From assembly GCA_964016885.1 (NCBI GenBank), contig OZ024740.1, positions 330,584,001-330,648,000 of the forward strand: 64,000 nt of DNA, written 5' to 3'. Positions within the stretch are counted from its first letter, which is position 1. Every line of letters begins with the position of its first letter. Shown here one piece after another: positions 25,582 through 41,978 of the stretch. Made by a program: the position numbers and the translations under genes. The notes under the pieces were generated by a model. It ran no database searches. It saw only the letters and a list, made by a program, of their open reading frames with translations, and was not told the DNA's origin. This DNA is from Eledone cirrhosa (taxonomy: Eukaryota).

Positions 25582-27917
25582 GGGGATTCCTTTCTTTGTT
25601 TCTGTGCCTCTCCTTTGTTCTGTCCTACGCCATTTTGTTTCTGTCTGTGTGATGTGTGCTCAGTCTGCGCATGCGCCACATCCGGGTGTCTGTGTGTGTT
25701 TATGTTCATTTATTTATTTGTTTATTTACATGTTACTGGTTGGTTGTTTGTTCTATGTGTGTGTGTGTTTTTATTTTGTCCTTAATTGTAAGTTGTGATG
25801 TTGCTGTTCCACTCATATTTTCTATTTAATTTTGGTTGTAATTATTTTATGTTTATTGCCTCTGTAATTTGTCTAAACATTGCGTCTTTTCTGTGTGTAG
25901 ATCCTACTTTTATTTCTATGTTCTCTAATTTACCCTTGTGTTCTATTTTAGCATGTTGGTAGAGTACAGATGATTCTTTACTATCTTGAAGGTCTCGCCA
26001 GTGTTCATTTATCCGTTCCCCTACACTACGAGCTGTCTCACCCATGTACACTATATTTTTGTCTCTACATTGTCCTTCAGTACATCTTATGCTATACACT
26101 ACATTTCTAGTTTTACAGTTAATATGGGGGCTTATTTTACAGGTTATACATTTCTTATCTATACATGAAGATCTTTGAAACGGGTATGTCTTGCTAATAA
26201 GTGTTTTTACGGAGGTACCTGGTCTTTCTACTATCTTAATATTGAGATTATGTTTATTTAGGGCCCTTCTAAATTTGCAGGCTAGTTCGCCTCTAGGGGT
26301 TGTATCGATGAACATTACACTCTGGTATTTATTGCTATCATACTATGAGTTTATTCTATTAGCCTTGTTCCTAATTCTTTCTATTCTATTCCAAAATTTG
26401 CTCCTATACAAGGGGCATGTCCCATTTATGTCATTATTTACCATTTTTTCCCATTTGGTTCTGGCTCCTCTATACACTCTGATTTTATCTCTCTGATTGT
26501 AGCCAGAGAACTGCATACGGTGGATGAAATGTTGTATGTGTCTCTCTAGTTCTTCGGGGTTGCACATGTGGGACACATTTCTCATCACCCGTACCAAATC
26601 CGCAATCAGTATGTTGATTTTGGTATGGTCCGAAACGGCCGAGTTTCGGTAGATCAGATGTTTGGAAGTCATGGGTTTGGCATAATGGGAATGGAGGATT
26701 TGTTTTTTGTTGTTAATGGTATCTAACCAGAGCTCTGTGTTTAGTACAGGTAATCGATGGTTCGGGTGTTTACTTGGGAAGACTATAGTAACTCTAATGC
26801 TCTGGTGGATGGAGTTTGCTATTTGCTGGATACAGGGACACATCATCCATACTGCCTATTATGCAGTTTGTTAGGTCCCTAGATCGGTAAGTCACGCCGA
26901 TTCTGCTGAGGAGGTCCTCCGTTCTGTCACATACATCTGGGGACATTTCAATGATGGGGCGTATGATCAGGGAGAGGAGTAGGACAGTCTGTAGTTACTA
27001 GCAATGTTAGCTCCACAGACTGGCCGTGTTGGTGGTCCCGCGGCAGGGTCACAGCCCGTTTTAGGGTCTTTTCGAAGCCCATACAACGCCGGCACGTCAT
27101 TGTTCCAGGCCTGGAAGTTGTTGGCAGTTTTTTTGTTGGGCTGCATTATATTCGTCCACATCACCATATGGGCATTGAGGGCTTTTTCTCTATCCTCATG
27201 CTCCTGTGGTGTTACCTCACTTGTGTTAGTGATGTGGGGTTGCATTGCCTGGATGTAGTTTGGCAGGCTGTCAACCGACATTCTGCCAGACTTGTCTGTT
27301 GGAAAGCATGCTATCTCTCCATTAAGACCTTCATGTATAGATAAGAAATATATAACCTGTAAAATAAGCCCCCATATTAACTGTAAAACTAGAAATTTAG
27401 TGTATAGCATAAGATGTACTGAAGGAGAATGTAGAGACAAAAATATAGTGTACATAGGTGAGACAGCTCGTAGTGTAGGGGAACGGATAAATGAACACTG
27501 GCGAGACCTTCAAGATAGTAAATAATCATCTGTACTCTACCAACATGCTAAAATAGAACACAAGGGTAAATTAGAGAACATAGAAATAAAAATAGGATCT
27601 ACACACAGAAAAGACGCAATGTTTAGACAAATTACAGAGGCAATAAACATAAAATAATTACAACCAAAATTAAATAGAAAATATGAGTGGAACAGCAACA
27701 TCACAACTTACAATTAAGGACAAAATAAAAACACACACACACATAGAACAAACAACCAACCAGTAACATGTAAATAAACAAATAAATAAATGAACATAAA
27801 CACACACAGACACCCGGATGTGGCGCATGCGCAGACTGAGCACACATCACACAGACAGAAACAAAATGGCGTAGGACAGAACAAAGGAGAGGCACAGAAA
27901 CAAAGAAAGGAATCCCC

Positions 27918-27962
27918 AGTCACTGAAGAGGTCACAGAGTGTGTGACGAAAGAACTATGACT
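27918..27962 (+). ncRNA. Type I minimal hammerhead ribozyme
   Basis: agtca CTGAAGA ggtcac agagtgt gtgac GAAA gaac TA tgact. Confidence 0.75.
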
Positions 27963-28200
27963 ATATATAAACAACTATCTGGTTGTGGAACCAACCAACC
28001 AACAATAAATTGAAGTGAAAGCACCTGGTGCGTGTGTTTCATATTGGCAACATGAGCCTCCGAAAGTATAACAATATCGGTTTCAACATACGATTTCAGA
28101 TAAAGAATCTTGCTAAACAAATTCAGAAACGAAATATATATATATATATATACGGATTAACAAATAATAGTTAAATGCAGTCCACTTAGGTGAAGTCCAG

Positions 28201-28258
<58 letters not shown>

Positions 28259-28261
<3 letters not shown>

Positions 28262-28373
28262 AAAATGTTTGACCCCGACACAGCAGAGTTCAAGCCGTTT
28301 CGACGGCTACTACTCAAGTATCGAGTACTGTGGTGCGTTATGGTCCATCATATTCCTTAACACTCCTCCTTAG

Positions 28374-28375
<2 letters not shown>
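28259..28375. mobile_element. Family A bipolar insertion (inverted short end plus forward tail)
   Basis: AGGAAAATGTTTGACCCCGAC...TTCGACGGCTA joined to CTCAAGTATCGAGTAC...TTAGTT; (TA)n on both sides. Confidence 0.8.
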
Positions 28376-28407
<32 letters not shown>

Positions 28408-28639
28408 GAACTCCTTTTGAATCGATATTTTGAGTTTACTTTAAACTATTCAATACAATAATATATTCCAGCTATATATATCCACAATACCAGGATAAAA
28501 GTCATGTAGCTGTTGCTGTTGCTTTTTCTTTTACAGAAAGCCAATATGATCAATCCGATTTACTTCAATATAAACATAGAATGCAACTCAGAAAAGTTCT
28601 TTGTTTTCTGTCTCTCTCTTTTCACTCTCTCTCTCTCAT

Positions 28640-28751
<112 letters not shown>

Positions 28752-30711
28752 TATAAAAAATATAATATTTGGTGTAACACTTTCCAAATTTTATTCATGA
28801 AATGTTCATATTTCCCTCTTTCTAGCAACGTTTTCTTTTCTTCAGAAATATTTATTTCTCATTCTAAATATCTTAACATCTATATATAATGTTGTAGTAC
28901 TTTATCACCAATATAATTTTCTTTCTCTAACGGCAAACATTAAACTACATTCTTGTTGGTTTTATGAGCTAGATATGCAATTCACTTCTTTCCTTTTTCA
29001 CATTAATACTAACGTAGCGTTAAGTGAGAATCAGTCGTAGAAATGCATTTCCTCTGACTATTTCTTTCTTAACAGGAGGGCATATAATTTAAAAAAAGAA
29101 AACTGTGCAATATCTCCTAGAGTGTATCCGTAAATAACATGTATCTGTAAACATTTTAATATTTATGACAATTATTCAACGCTATGGAAGATTTTCTGCA
29201 TGGTTCTAATTCGTAACCATGAATCTAGGTGATGCAGTGCTGAATTGTATAATAAAAATATATTGCATTATAAATAATATAATCCAACGGGAGATGAATA
29301 TGTGTTGTTGAGACAACAGTGAGAATTTTACATTCATATTATCTATCTATTGAGAGTAAGCTTAGTGGATCCAACTCCTAATGAAATTACAATTTATTCA
29401 GGATTAAATTTCAATGGAACACTCATTAATCCATAAAGAAGATATCAAATTGGGTAGATATGCGTGTTCCTACACCGTACATGTTTGAATTAAGTAATAC
29501 CTAGATGAGTGTCTCTATTGAGCATAACTGCAAAACATTGTTGTCATACGAACGATGGCGTCTTCCATCTGTATCATCTCAAATGCTACAAACTGTTCAA
29601 TACATTTTTCTACAAATAAATGTGTTAGATTACATAAAAATGTCTTGGCTATTTGAAACTTTTTCTCTTATTTAATTCTTCCTAGCAAGCGGGATTCGTT
29701 TTTCTAATGAGTATTTATAGATCACATCCTAAGAACGTTTAAATTTCACGAAGTTAAGTCAGCTGAGAAATTTGATATATCTAATATAGGTACATTTCTT
29801 TAGCTTTAAATAGAATTCGCTTTCAGTTTAAAAGTACTTGATGATGAGGAAATTAGAATCGATTGAATGGTTAAATGTCAGGATTCATCGATGGCTTATT
29901 CTGTCTTTTGTTTCTTTGACGCTGTTCACGAAAAGGAAATCTAAATTTACTCTAGTATATTGGGTAAGGAGACTGTCCAATGGAGCAATGATAGAGTGTG
30001 ATTGAAATAGAACTGTAATGAAAAGGAAATCAAACCATAATTTGATATTTCCATTAAAAATTGGTATAATAGGTTCACCAAAGTGACTGTAATATCTAAG
30101 GTTTCGTGTGTTAGATTAGGTGGAGGGAGGAGCACAAATCTATAGTTGAAAAGAAAATGAGCGTGTAAACATTGCTGATATTTCACTACTGATCAATACA
30201 TGAAACATAAGTAGTACAGGAATGCATTAAACCGCGTGAGATTTGAAAAAAAAAACAACACACACAAAAACTGCACAGTTGCAAAACCATTTTAACGCCA
30301 ACCATTGTGTAACTAGTAGCAATTATCAAATAACAGATTATTTTATATGCTATTTTTTTACATTTGCTTGTACCACTATGTATTCGGTGGTTTGAATACA
30401 CTACTTATATACACACAAACACAAACACACACACGCAATAACACACATAAATACCCATATATATATAGATGTGCGTGACTGTGTGTGTTATATATGTATG
30501 CATGTATGAATGTATGTATATATGTGTATATTAGTTTTTCTGAGTGTTTTTGTGTTTGTATTTATATATGTACCATTTATGTTATTTGGTTTACCTATAG
30601 ACAGATCTAGTCACTGCGGTGAGCAAACGTAGTGTATAAAGATAAGGCACTCGACGCTATGCAATTCATACCTCGAGATATGTTTCCGCGGGATTGGTGC
30701 AGGTGAGGCGT

Positions 30712-30766
<55 letters not shown>

Positions 30767-30767
30767 G

Positions 30768-31370
30768 AGAATTTCGCTCTACATGGCTGAATACAACAAA
30801 TGTAATCTGAGTTTTTCCAATATTGATAATAAAATTCGATTCGTATGCAATTATGCAAACAATCCTCAATTTTATAGCCATGTCAGTAGAATGAACACTT
30901 CATTCTTGCTCTTGTGTTGGCATGCGAACAGAACGGCAGACACTAATGTTTCTGGGTATCAGCCTTCATCAGTACAGCTCACTGTTCACCTGACAAACTG
31001 CTAGAGCAGTGAAAATATATACAATTTTCAAAGATACACAGTGACTGTTCGGCTTGATTTGCATATTAACTGACTCGTCGATCAGTCAGATCTGCATATT
31101 AATAGATCCACTGACCAGCCAGATTTGAATATCAGCAGACTAGCCAGTCAATTTCCTGTGTATGAGCGATAAATGGCCGGCTTTGCCAAATTCAAATATA
31201 AAAAGAGAAGTTCGATCTACATGGCTGAATACAACAAATGTAATCTTAGTTTTTCGAATATTAATAAAAACATTCGATTCGTTTGCAATTATGCAAACAA
31301 GCCTCAATTTTATAGCCATGTCAGAGAATGAACACTTCATTCTTGGTCTTGTGTTGCCATGCGAATAGAA
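30768..31370. repeat. ~165 bp direct repeat (30768-30934 and 31205-31370) with spacer, between (TA)n tracts
   Basis: TCTACATGGCTGAATACAACAAATGTAATCT...GAATGAACACTTCATTCTTG occurs twice. Confidence 0.85.
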
Positions 31371-31380
31371 CTTTTTTCTA

Positions 31381-31457
<77 letters not shown>

Positions 31458-31458
31458 C

Positions 31459-31690
31459 GTTGAAAATTGCAAACTTGACTGTCACCACACACTATGAACC
31501 TGAAGATTGCGAAAGCATGAAAGTACTTCTTCAATTAACACTTAACATTTAATATTCTACCATACTATTTCATTCTAATACCATTATACATTTTAAAGGA
31601 TTCTAAATAAAACGAGTAAATCAGACAACGTTGGAATTCCTTTTATTAATATAATCTTCTATACAAAATCATACACACCCGTGTATATTT
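31459..31690 (+). mobile_element. Family C solo copy
   Basis: Colinear with 3552-3784, with the same 5' and 3' ends. Confidence 0.85.
31495..31533 (+). ncRNA. Type I minimal hammerhead ribozyme (family C)
   Basis: tgaac CTGAAGA ttgc gaaa gcat GAAA gtac TT cttca; GNRA-capped stem II; one stem I mismatch. Confidence 0.7.
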
Positions 31691-32423
<733 letters not shown>

Positions 32424-33749
32424 TTATAAATATTTCGTATCTCCAAAGAAATACGGTTTTAGGAAGCCGTAGCTATGGAAACTCTGGGGTCTAACGCCCT
32501 CTGGTGATGTCCAGCAGAGGCAAGGGGGACAACCGTCTATGCATGTCAGGTTCAACTGGCCATCGTCAGGAGGTTCCCTCCCACCGCTTGCGACTGCTGG
32601 ACTGGAAGACTGGCCAGAATATTTAGTTTTCTCGTCTGTGTAAATGAGGTGATTAATCTCATTTCCATATGAAGCTGCATAAGTTGGCTCAACGTATAAT
32701 AGAAAAGAAATAGGATTTGGCTTCAAGCGAAATATTTCGTATCTCCAAAGAAATACGGTTTTAGGAAGCCGTTGCTATGCAAACACCGAGGGGCTAGATA
32801 TGAAAGCCCCTACCTATGAATTTTGGTTGAGCACCATCTAACGAGTTCCAGCAGAAGAGAGCTTGAGGATTACCAACATGTATATAGCTATGTTGGAGCC
32901 AACATTTTAATTATATTTCTTTTTCACGCGGATCCTTTCTACAGCACCATATGCAAATCTGTCTAATCAGCCTGTGTACATAGATGTCAAAACTAGGTTT
33001 TGCCTCTAGTGAATTCTGGATGAAGATGATGTAAGAGGAGTATTGCTTTGGTAACGATCATCAGTCGAAACGACCGTCGGTAAACCCTTCACTTGCTTCT
33101 GCTGGAGCCCGTTAAAATGTATATTTGTAACCATATCTTATATGATTATAAATGTGATCGTCCTAATATTAGCCCTTATATAAATATCCTAGTGTATAAC
33201 CTGTCTATCAATTCATATAACGATATGCTTTATATTATAATTAGAGAGGCAGAAGCATTCAATATTACACCAGCAGTCAATCAAAATTACGTACATACAT
33301 ACATACTTGCATACATAGATGCATACATACATGCATATATACATGCCTGCATATATATATGCATACTATACATGAATAAATATATACATAAATACTTACA
33401 TACATATACATACATACTTACATACTGACATACATGCACGTAAACATACATATAAACATACTTACATACTTACATACATACACGTAAACACGTAAATATT
33501 CTAAGAGACTATTTTGTGAAAGGAACAAAATTAATCTGCTCTGTGAATTTTCTAATCATTTAATTAATATCATTTTGTTTTATATTTGTATTTTGCCGTC
33601 TTATGCTTGCAAAAATATATTTAATAACAGCTGAATCAAGTTAACATATTCGATAGGAAATATTTTTTCTATATTTTTACATGATCTAATTATGTTTATT
33701 TACATCATTGTATCGATTCATAATTATGATATTTGATGAAGCCAAGCAT

Positions 33750-34560
33750 ATTATGAACAGTTTATATTACAAATGACCTTTGGTAATCTCAAACATCTTC
33801 ATGTCATTCGCTCACTCATTCATAACCTAATTGTTGTCATGTATACAATGTTTTCTATTTTTATATTCTATGTCTTCTCTCTTTAATAATTTATCACTTT
33901 GCAAGACGTTAAGTGATTTGGCATCATTCTTGTATTAGTAATATATTTCAGGATTTATCATTTCCTCTTAAATTTCATGTATGACATCAGCTATAGAGAA
34001 GCAAATATAGGACTATCCGATGACAACATTAACGTTATCACATCTCGGAAAGTGATTTTCTACCTCATCCTGGAATAAAATATTTCCACGAATATTTTTT
34101 TTATTCTTAAAAACTCAAATTTCATATTTGTATTGACTTATTCAGGAACCTAAAAGTAAAGTCTGGATTTACCGGAAAAAAGCGAGATATTATGAATAGC
34201 AAAATGCACAAATAAGATTAAATCTCTCACCTTATAATAATAGTTGCTTGGATAGTGGATGATATTGGAGATCCAATTAGTTAAATAGCATTGTCATAAA
34301 TTGGACTTAATTGTCCATTCAGTTATTGTTTTAAACATAACATTGAATCTATTTTTAGAACCCTTGAGGGATGTGATGTTTGAAATTGAGAGTTAGAAAC
34401 GTCAACGTTGTTCAATGATGAAAGATAGTCTAAGTTCGGAATATAAACCCTGGAGACAGAAAAAGTTGTGCAGCACCGGGGGAATGTACAGTTTAGATAG
34501 TCACGATCTCTTCGCAAGAATTGTTTTATGTAGTTTAAAATATCGTTATATAATTGATTC
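33750..34560 (-). mobile_element. Highly degenerate PLE reverse transcriptase remnant
   Basis: Correctly ordered relic motifs on the minus strand: FPR..TFSVSRVYIPNL, GSPISSTIQA, R.VDNV, ENDAKSLNVL. Confidence 0.4.
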
Positions 34561-34840
34561 ATAGAGAGTTTGCAAAGTAGTACACATTAGAAATAATACG
34601 ATATGATGAAGTGGGTTTTTAATCTTATTTCACCAATGATACTGACTTTCAAATATGAGTGATCACTCAACATTTTTATCCAAGTAGAATAATGATTAAA
34701 TTTATATGGGCCTCTCCTTTATTATTTGTTTGATTATTTCAGTATTGGAAGGTGGTATGACGTGGATAAAGAAACATGTAAAAACGTGTTTCCTCTGTAA
34801 TAATTGTTTCTACTTTTGGCACAAGGCCAGTAATTATTAA

Positions 34841-34991
34841 GTGTATTACTGGTACTTTATTTTATCGATCCCGTGAGGATGGAAGGCAAAGTTATCCTCG
34901 GCGGGATTTGAACGCAGAATGGCAAGGGCCGTAACTCCATGCGTCAAAGCATGGTATCCAACCCTCTACCAATACTGCCAATCCATCCTCT
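34841..34991 (-). mobile_element. tRNA-derived SINE with Meta-like domain
   Basis: Reverse complement has GTTCAAATCCCGCCGAGG..ACTTTGCCTTCCATCC...GATCGATAAAATAAAGTACCAG; same family as 37057. Confidence 0.7.
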
Positions 34992-35482
34992 GTAATAATA
35001 CTCGCACATTGACAAGAGATTGTGGGGAAACATTGTTAATTTGTGGATCAATCAGTCAGATATTATCAGCAGAAACAAACCTAGCAACAACAAAATATTT
35101 CATATGTGGCCGAATGTCTATTGTGACATTCCTGCTCATGTCAGATTTCCACCAACATGTAGCACAACAAATCATAGCTTGTAATTTGATGAACTGGAGT
35201 TGACCTCAAACTATTTGGAATTGTTGTGTGAAATCTATTGTTTGTTTTGACATCCTTACTTCACTTTAAATTATTTTGAACACAATATTCTCTATTCCCA
35301 GTTTACCGTCTTTTCAAATTCATGCCTATCTACATATAAAATGTTTCACATAAACTATACCGCTTTAACACACATACACACACAGGCACATGCGCACACA
35401 CAGGCACACGCACACATACAAACAGTCACCCACCCACATACAAAAACATTTCTATCTGTCTATCTCTCTCTGTCTGTGTGTG

Positions 35483-35515
<33 letters not shown>

Positions 35516-35609
35516 ATGTGTGTGTTTGTGTGCTTAAATGGATATTTGACTTATAAAGTGATACAGGACAGTGAATTGATATATTAAAGATAACAAAGAC
35601 AGGATGTTA

Positions 35610-36240
35610 TTATTTTATGGAGTTCAGTAAAGTTAAATTACATTTTTACATATAGTAACATCTGGAAACACAACACTAGAAACTGGTGTATTTATCAAAC
35701 GTATGGATGGTCGACAATACCTCTTTACAACATTCCATCCAAAACGGACTGACTTATCTAATTTAGCTAAGCGCACCAGCAGAATATTATCCAACTAATC
35801 AGCAAGGTATTGCCGGCTAGAAGACAGGAAATATCCCCTGAATTGAATCAATAATATGATACAAAACACAAGGCAAATTATCATCCAGGTATTCGAAGAA
35901 ACAGTACGCAACAAATGATTTGAAAACAGTTATACTTTATATTTCGCCGTCTTAACTCGAAGACCGCCGAAATCTGAAAATGCCTCCAGCGAAACATATA
36001 GATTATACTAGAATAAAAATGAGGAAAAACTTGTAAAAATATCCGATAATGAAAAAATTAATGATTCAAAATTTCTAAAAATGTTAGTGGCAAATGTCAT
36101 GCGTCATACTTTACTAAAGATATCAAAGATAATACATGCAACCATCCAAGCTGCTGAGTACCTGGTACCAATTAGATGTTTCAGAATTTCACTTCAACGA
36201 CGACATATCTGCAAAATAAAAGATAACTTACCCTGCCAAA
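35610..36240 (+). mobile_element. Degenerate PLE RT thumb/linker remnant
   Basis: FMEFSKVKLHF...LETGVFIKRMDGRQYLFTTFHPKRT..NLAKRTSRILSN*..RL...YPLN, then CNHPSC. Confidence 0.55.
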
Positions 36241-36282
36241 CGTAGATTTTAATATATATTTAAGATTAAATGATGATATACC

Positions 36283-36411
<129 letters not shown>

Positions 36412-37056
36412 TGTGTAAGTGTATTTGTTTGTGTGTGTGTTAGAAAATTCCTTGCAAAATATATTCTACAGTCAATTGATGTGTATAACATCTATTTATG
36501 ACCCTATTATACATATAACAAGCTTATTAATACATTTACGTACAACAAATATGTATGCTTACATATATTACATATATATCGTTTTGGTGCAAGTCATACT
36601 TTCGTTTACTAACAGAGAGTATTAAACAGGCACGCAACAGCTTATGTTTCCATGGTTACACAACTAAGTGCAACATTTCAGAACTTCTTTTTTGGTTCAC
36701 TGATATGCATCCCTAAGTAATTTTTAAGTCTAGTAGAATACCATTCATGAAGAGAGAAATAGAAATACAACCCTTGACGTTGTTTAAACAGTGAATGAAA
36801 CAACTTATGTCTCTTCCGTAAAAGGACAATGAGAAAAAGCAAAAATAAAGCAAGAGTTCTGTGGTTTTTGAAACACTTCATATGTTGTTTACAATGTTAC
36901 ATAATGAAGTGAATATTAGCAAGCAAACACATAAAAATATGTAATAACATACACAATAAAACTCATACACATATATAGAACCTAAGGCAAAGTAACCCCT
37001 TGGTAATATTCTATTTATATTAACTATAAAACGTACCATTATATATGTATATATAT

Positions 37057-37213
37057 AAGGGCAGTGGATTGGCAGTATCGGTAGCGGGTCGGACGCCATG
37101 CTTTCCAGCATAGTTACGTCCCTTTACGATCTGAGTTCAAATCCCGCCGAGGTTGACTTTGCCTTTCATCCTTACGGGGTCGATAAAATAAAGTACCAGT
37201 AATGTACTGGGTT
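37057..37213 (+). mobile_element. tRNA-derived SINE with Meta-like domain
   Basis: A-box-like TGGCAGTATCGGTAG, B-box GAGTTCAAATCC, then GACTTTGCCTTTCATCCTTACGGGGTCGATAAAATAAAGTACCAG. Confidence 0.75.
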
Positions 37214-37275
37214 ATTGCTGGCCTCGTGCCTAAAGTAGAATCAATTATATATGTATATATATAAGTATATTTACA

Positions 37276-37377
<102 letters not shown>

Positions 37378-37401
37378 GGGTTCGATCAGGGGAAATCATC
37401 A

Positions 37402-37576
<175 letters not shown>

Positions 37577-37989
37577 ATGAGGGGATATATGTGTGTGTGT
37601 CTGTTCCTTTGTTCAGTAATCGGTGATTGGTTGATCTAAGCAATGAAATAAATATGGTGTAATTAATCATAAGAACACCAACCACATAACCTCATAGGTA
37701 TACACAAATGCATTACGTTTATGGTATCAGACGAATTATCAATATCAAGTAAGAAGAAGAGACGGTTTTACATATCATATTTCAGTTTATTTTCTAATGT
37801 CCTTAACATTATGTACATTTCAACGACATTAAAATGTCATAATACAATAGTTATTTGATGCTTTATCGTCAGACAGACGCTGAAAATGTAAAAAAAGAAG
37901 AAAGCTTTATTTACTAAATAACTATAGATGTTAATGTGATAATAATATTGAGAATAATGATACTAATATACTCAAGGTTACCCGCTGAG

Positions 37990-38365
37990 TAAAAGCTGAT
38001 GCCCGATGAGAAAAAGAGATAACTATGATCTTGTGGAAATAAATTGTTTTATATCCACTTTAATAGCCATGACAGACTGACCGAAACAGAAGTGATTGAA
38101 CTACCATTAGTACACTGACTTACGTTCACCTCCGATCACTACATCGGCAACTTCCACTCCTCAATCTCTTGATAACCATCGAAAGGGCAATGTAGCATAT
38201 GCCTACTATGAACTGAATGTAAAACATTTCTTTATCAGTGAGCATATTAAGAACCAAAAACTAAAACATCGTTTATATTTTTAACAACTGTCTGAAGAAG
38301 AACGCATGAAATGACTATTACATATTGACGTTTTAAAGCCTTTGAAATGGTGATAATGTGTTTGA
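37990..38365 (+). mobile_element. Degenerate PLE GIY-YIG/3' end, possibly continuing 35610-36240
   Basis: Relic HRQLPL and QKLK-like motifs followed by a decayed CTGAAGA...GAAA...TA hammerhead-like motif (about 38292-38360). Confidence 0.3.
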
Positions 38366-38470
38366 TGTAAAACAATAAACTAAAGTGAAATATGTAAAAC
38401 CATTTCTCTCTCTCTCTCTTTCTCTCTCTGTCTCTCTCTCTCTCTGCATCTCTCTCTGTCTCTCTCTCTG

Positions 38471-38502
<32 letters not shown>

Positions 38503-38512
38503 TCTGTCTCTC

Positions 38513-38561
<49 letters not shown>

Positions 38562-38643
38562 GAGTCTGTGGGTGTGTTTCTGTATAAAAATATCTGAGCC
38601 TCGCTATGTGTGTGCATATAGATATTCAATGATATATATGTAA

Positions 38644-38727
<84 letters not shown>

Positions 38728-38761
38728 GGGGGGGTGCGTGTGCGTATATAAATATATATAC

Positions 38762-38899
38762 ATGAAAAGATTCAGGAACCGGACGGCTGAGCCCAGCCGT
38801 CTGGGTCTTGTATCTTTTCATATTACACACTCTACTATCCCAGGTATCAAATACCCTGGTGGGTTATGGTCTAGCTCATTTTTACCACACCCTATTTGA
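38762..38899. mobile_element. Family A-related hairpin plus tail
   Basis: ATGAAAAGAT..AGGAACCGGACGGCTG agcc CAGCCGTCTGGGTCTTG.ATCTTTTCAT, then a tail homologous to the family A tail (ACTCTACTA...GTTATGGTC...TTACCACA). Confidence 0.7.
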
Positions 38900-39039
38900 T
38901 ATATACATAAATATATATATATTACAAAGGCAATTGATGAGATATCTTAATCCTATTTGTTCTATGTTCTCAGTACTTATCAAAGTTTTTAATCAAACAA
39001 CAATTTTGGTATCCTGTTGATGAGGGATGTACTGTTAAA

Positions 39040-40117
<1,078 letters not shown>

Positions 40118-41214
40118 TAGATATATACATATACGTGTGTGTGTGCAAAATATTTAGAGACCACCATGAATTGAAGGCCAAACTGCCCTCGTTACTACTG
40201 CTAAACACACACGCGATCCACTCTTCATATTCTGTAAACCGCTCGTGCAACGCCAGCTTTCCGAAACAGGGCAAACCGAATAGAACAGTAACATCCACGA
40301 AATCAGGAAGACACATGTTATCGAGTTGCAGGAGTCATATGACGTAGTTTCTATATAAAAAAGCGAATAATGCTATTATACTCTGCTGCAACTACGACCC
40401 CCTTATATTATAGGCCGTGCTCTGTTTTCCCACTGTTTCTCAACTTTAAACGCTCAACATATCCAGCTATCCATCTACATCATGTGATGTAAGCGAAATG
40501 AACCCAAGTTGAATATCATATAAATACGATAACAAAAGGCCACGCATAAATTTTAATGTCACGATAACAAAAGGCCACGCATAAATTTTAATGTCACTCT
40601 TTAGATACACATAAACATATAAATACACACACGAATTTAAATCATAATTAAGATTAAGTCATATATACAAACACATACACGCATAAATATGATCAATTAA
40701 GCAAACAAAGATTTGCACAAATTTTTTAACAAAATTAAGACTTACAAAATTAGCGTCCTCAATCTTAAGAACCAATATATCTGTTTAACTAACGTAAGGT
40801 AAAGGAAATAACAACGAAGGAAATGAACAGAAAAAAATGAAAACAATGACCATAGCAATCGCTTCATTCGTAACCCTATCACTAACTTCGCTCTTGGGAT
40901 TTCGGTTAACCATCATCCAAAATCTGTGGTTGATAAATATATATATACTTTTACACACTTTTCTGTTTCATCAGACTGATTGAGCCAATGAGCTGGGCGT
41001 ATATATATATATATGTGTGTTTGTGTGTGTGGTGGTGGTCGTGGTGGTGGTGGTGTGGGGGGGTATGCGTGTGTGTGGGGGGGGGGTACATTATTGAGGC
41101 TAAATGATATTTCTTGCTAAGCACAGGATCTTTAGACAAAACTAAACATTGAATGGCAGAGGCGCTGTAAATACGTGTAAAGCGTGGGTGGTTGAGATGT
41201 ATATGTAGGGAGAG

Positions 41215-41978
41215 TGATTGTTCCAGCACAGCCTTGCCTTTTTTCGTGCGGCCTCCAAACCCCACACTGGTGCCTGGCTCCATGCCTTGCCCTCCTTCTC
41301 CACAGGGACGTAGCTGGATAACAGTAGCTTGTGCATCGGCGTTTCCTTGAGGCTTGCCCTCCGGATCTGCGAGCCACACTAATGTCGCTGTGTATCCACC
41401 GTGAACTCTTTCAGCCTCCACCCACTTTCCTGACGACACATACCGGCCGCCATCCACGCCATCCTGCCCTCAACGATATCATAAAGCATGACTTTGACGC
41501 TGTAGGCTTCCTTCCCAGCTCGAGCCGGTGCGGCTGGACCGAGGTGACGGCAAAAGCCCAGATGGCATGACCATCTTCCCGTTCCACGGTTGTAAACCCC
41601 TCGTCTGAGATGCCACTTGCACCGACACTTTCGCCAGCCGCAACCGGGTGCAGTCTGCGACGAACGCAATTCGCCTGCACGTCGGAATCAGGTGGCCAAA
41701 CTCTTCAAATACCGGTCGTTCTCCGACAGGTTTGTGGTTGTACTCTTGGAAGTGGAGACTTCTGGTGTCCTCGGCCATAGGGCCACCTCCCTACTCACAC
41801 CATAGGCGCTGAGCCGGCAAGTCGCAGGTGCGAGCCTTGCGAGCTGGAATGGCTTTTCCACCGCATCTCGCTTGCCGTCCTTCGGGGAAACGCCTTCTCC
41901 ATTCTGTCCGCCCGGGCTGTGGGAAGGCCACCAATATGATTGACGGACTTGTCATTTTATCAGTTAGATGTTCTAATG

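Larger units (their letters stand above)
25383..28134 (-). mobile_element. Penelope-like element of a second clade (Cys-rich linker, Neptune-like), internally deleted, with inverted 3' arm (27324-28076 mirrors 25383-26176) and ~58 nt tail
   Basis: PALYGLRKD...GPPTRPVCGA; FPSKHPNHRLPVL...HYAKPMTS; CIDKKCITC...CKTRNVVYSIRC...YMGETARSVGERINEH. Confidence 0.9.

Noticed and set aside
29100-29660. Possible hAT transposase C-terminal relic
   Set aside because: Similarity too faint to assert by eye
40526-40597. 35 bp tandem duplication (also a ~43 bp one at about 46884-46971)
   Set aside because: Ordinary local slippage; two units with no spacers, not CRISPR-like
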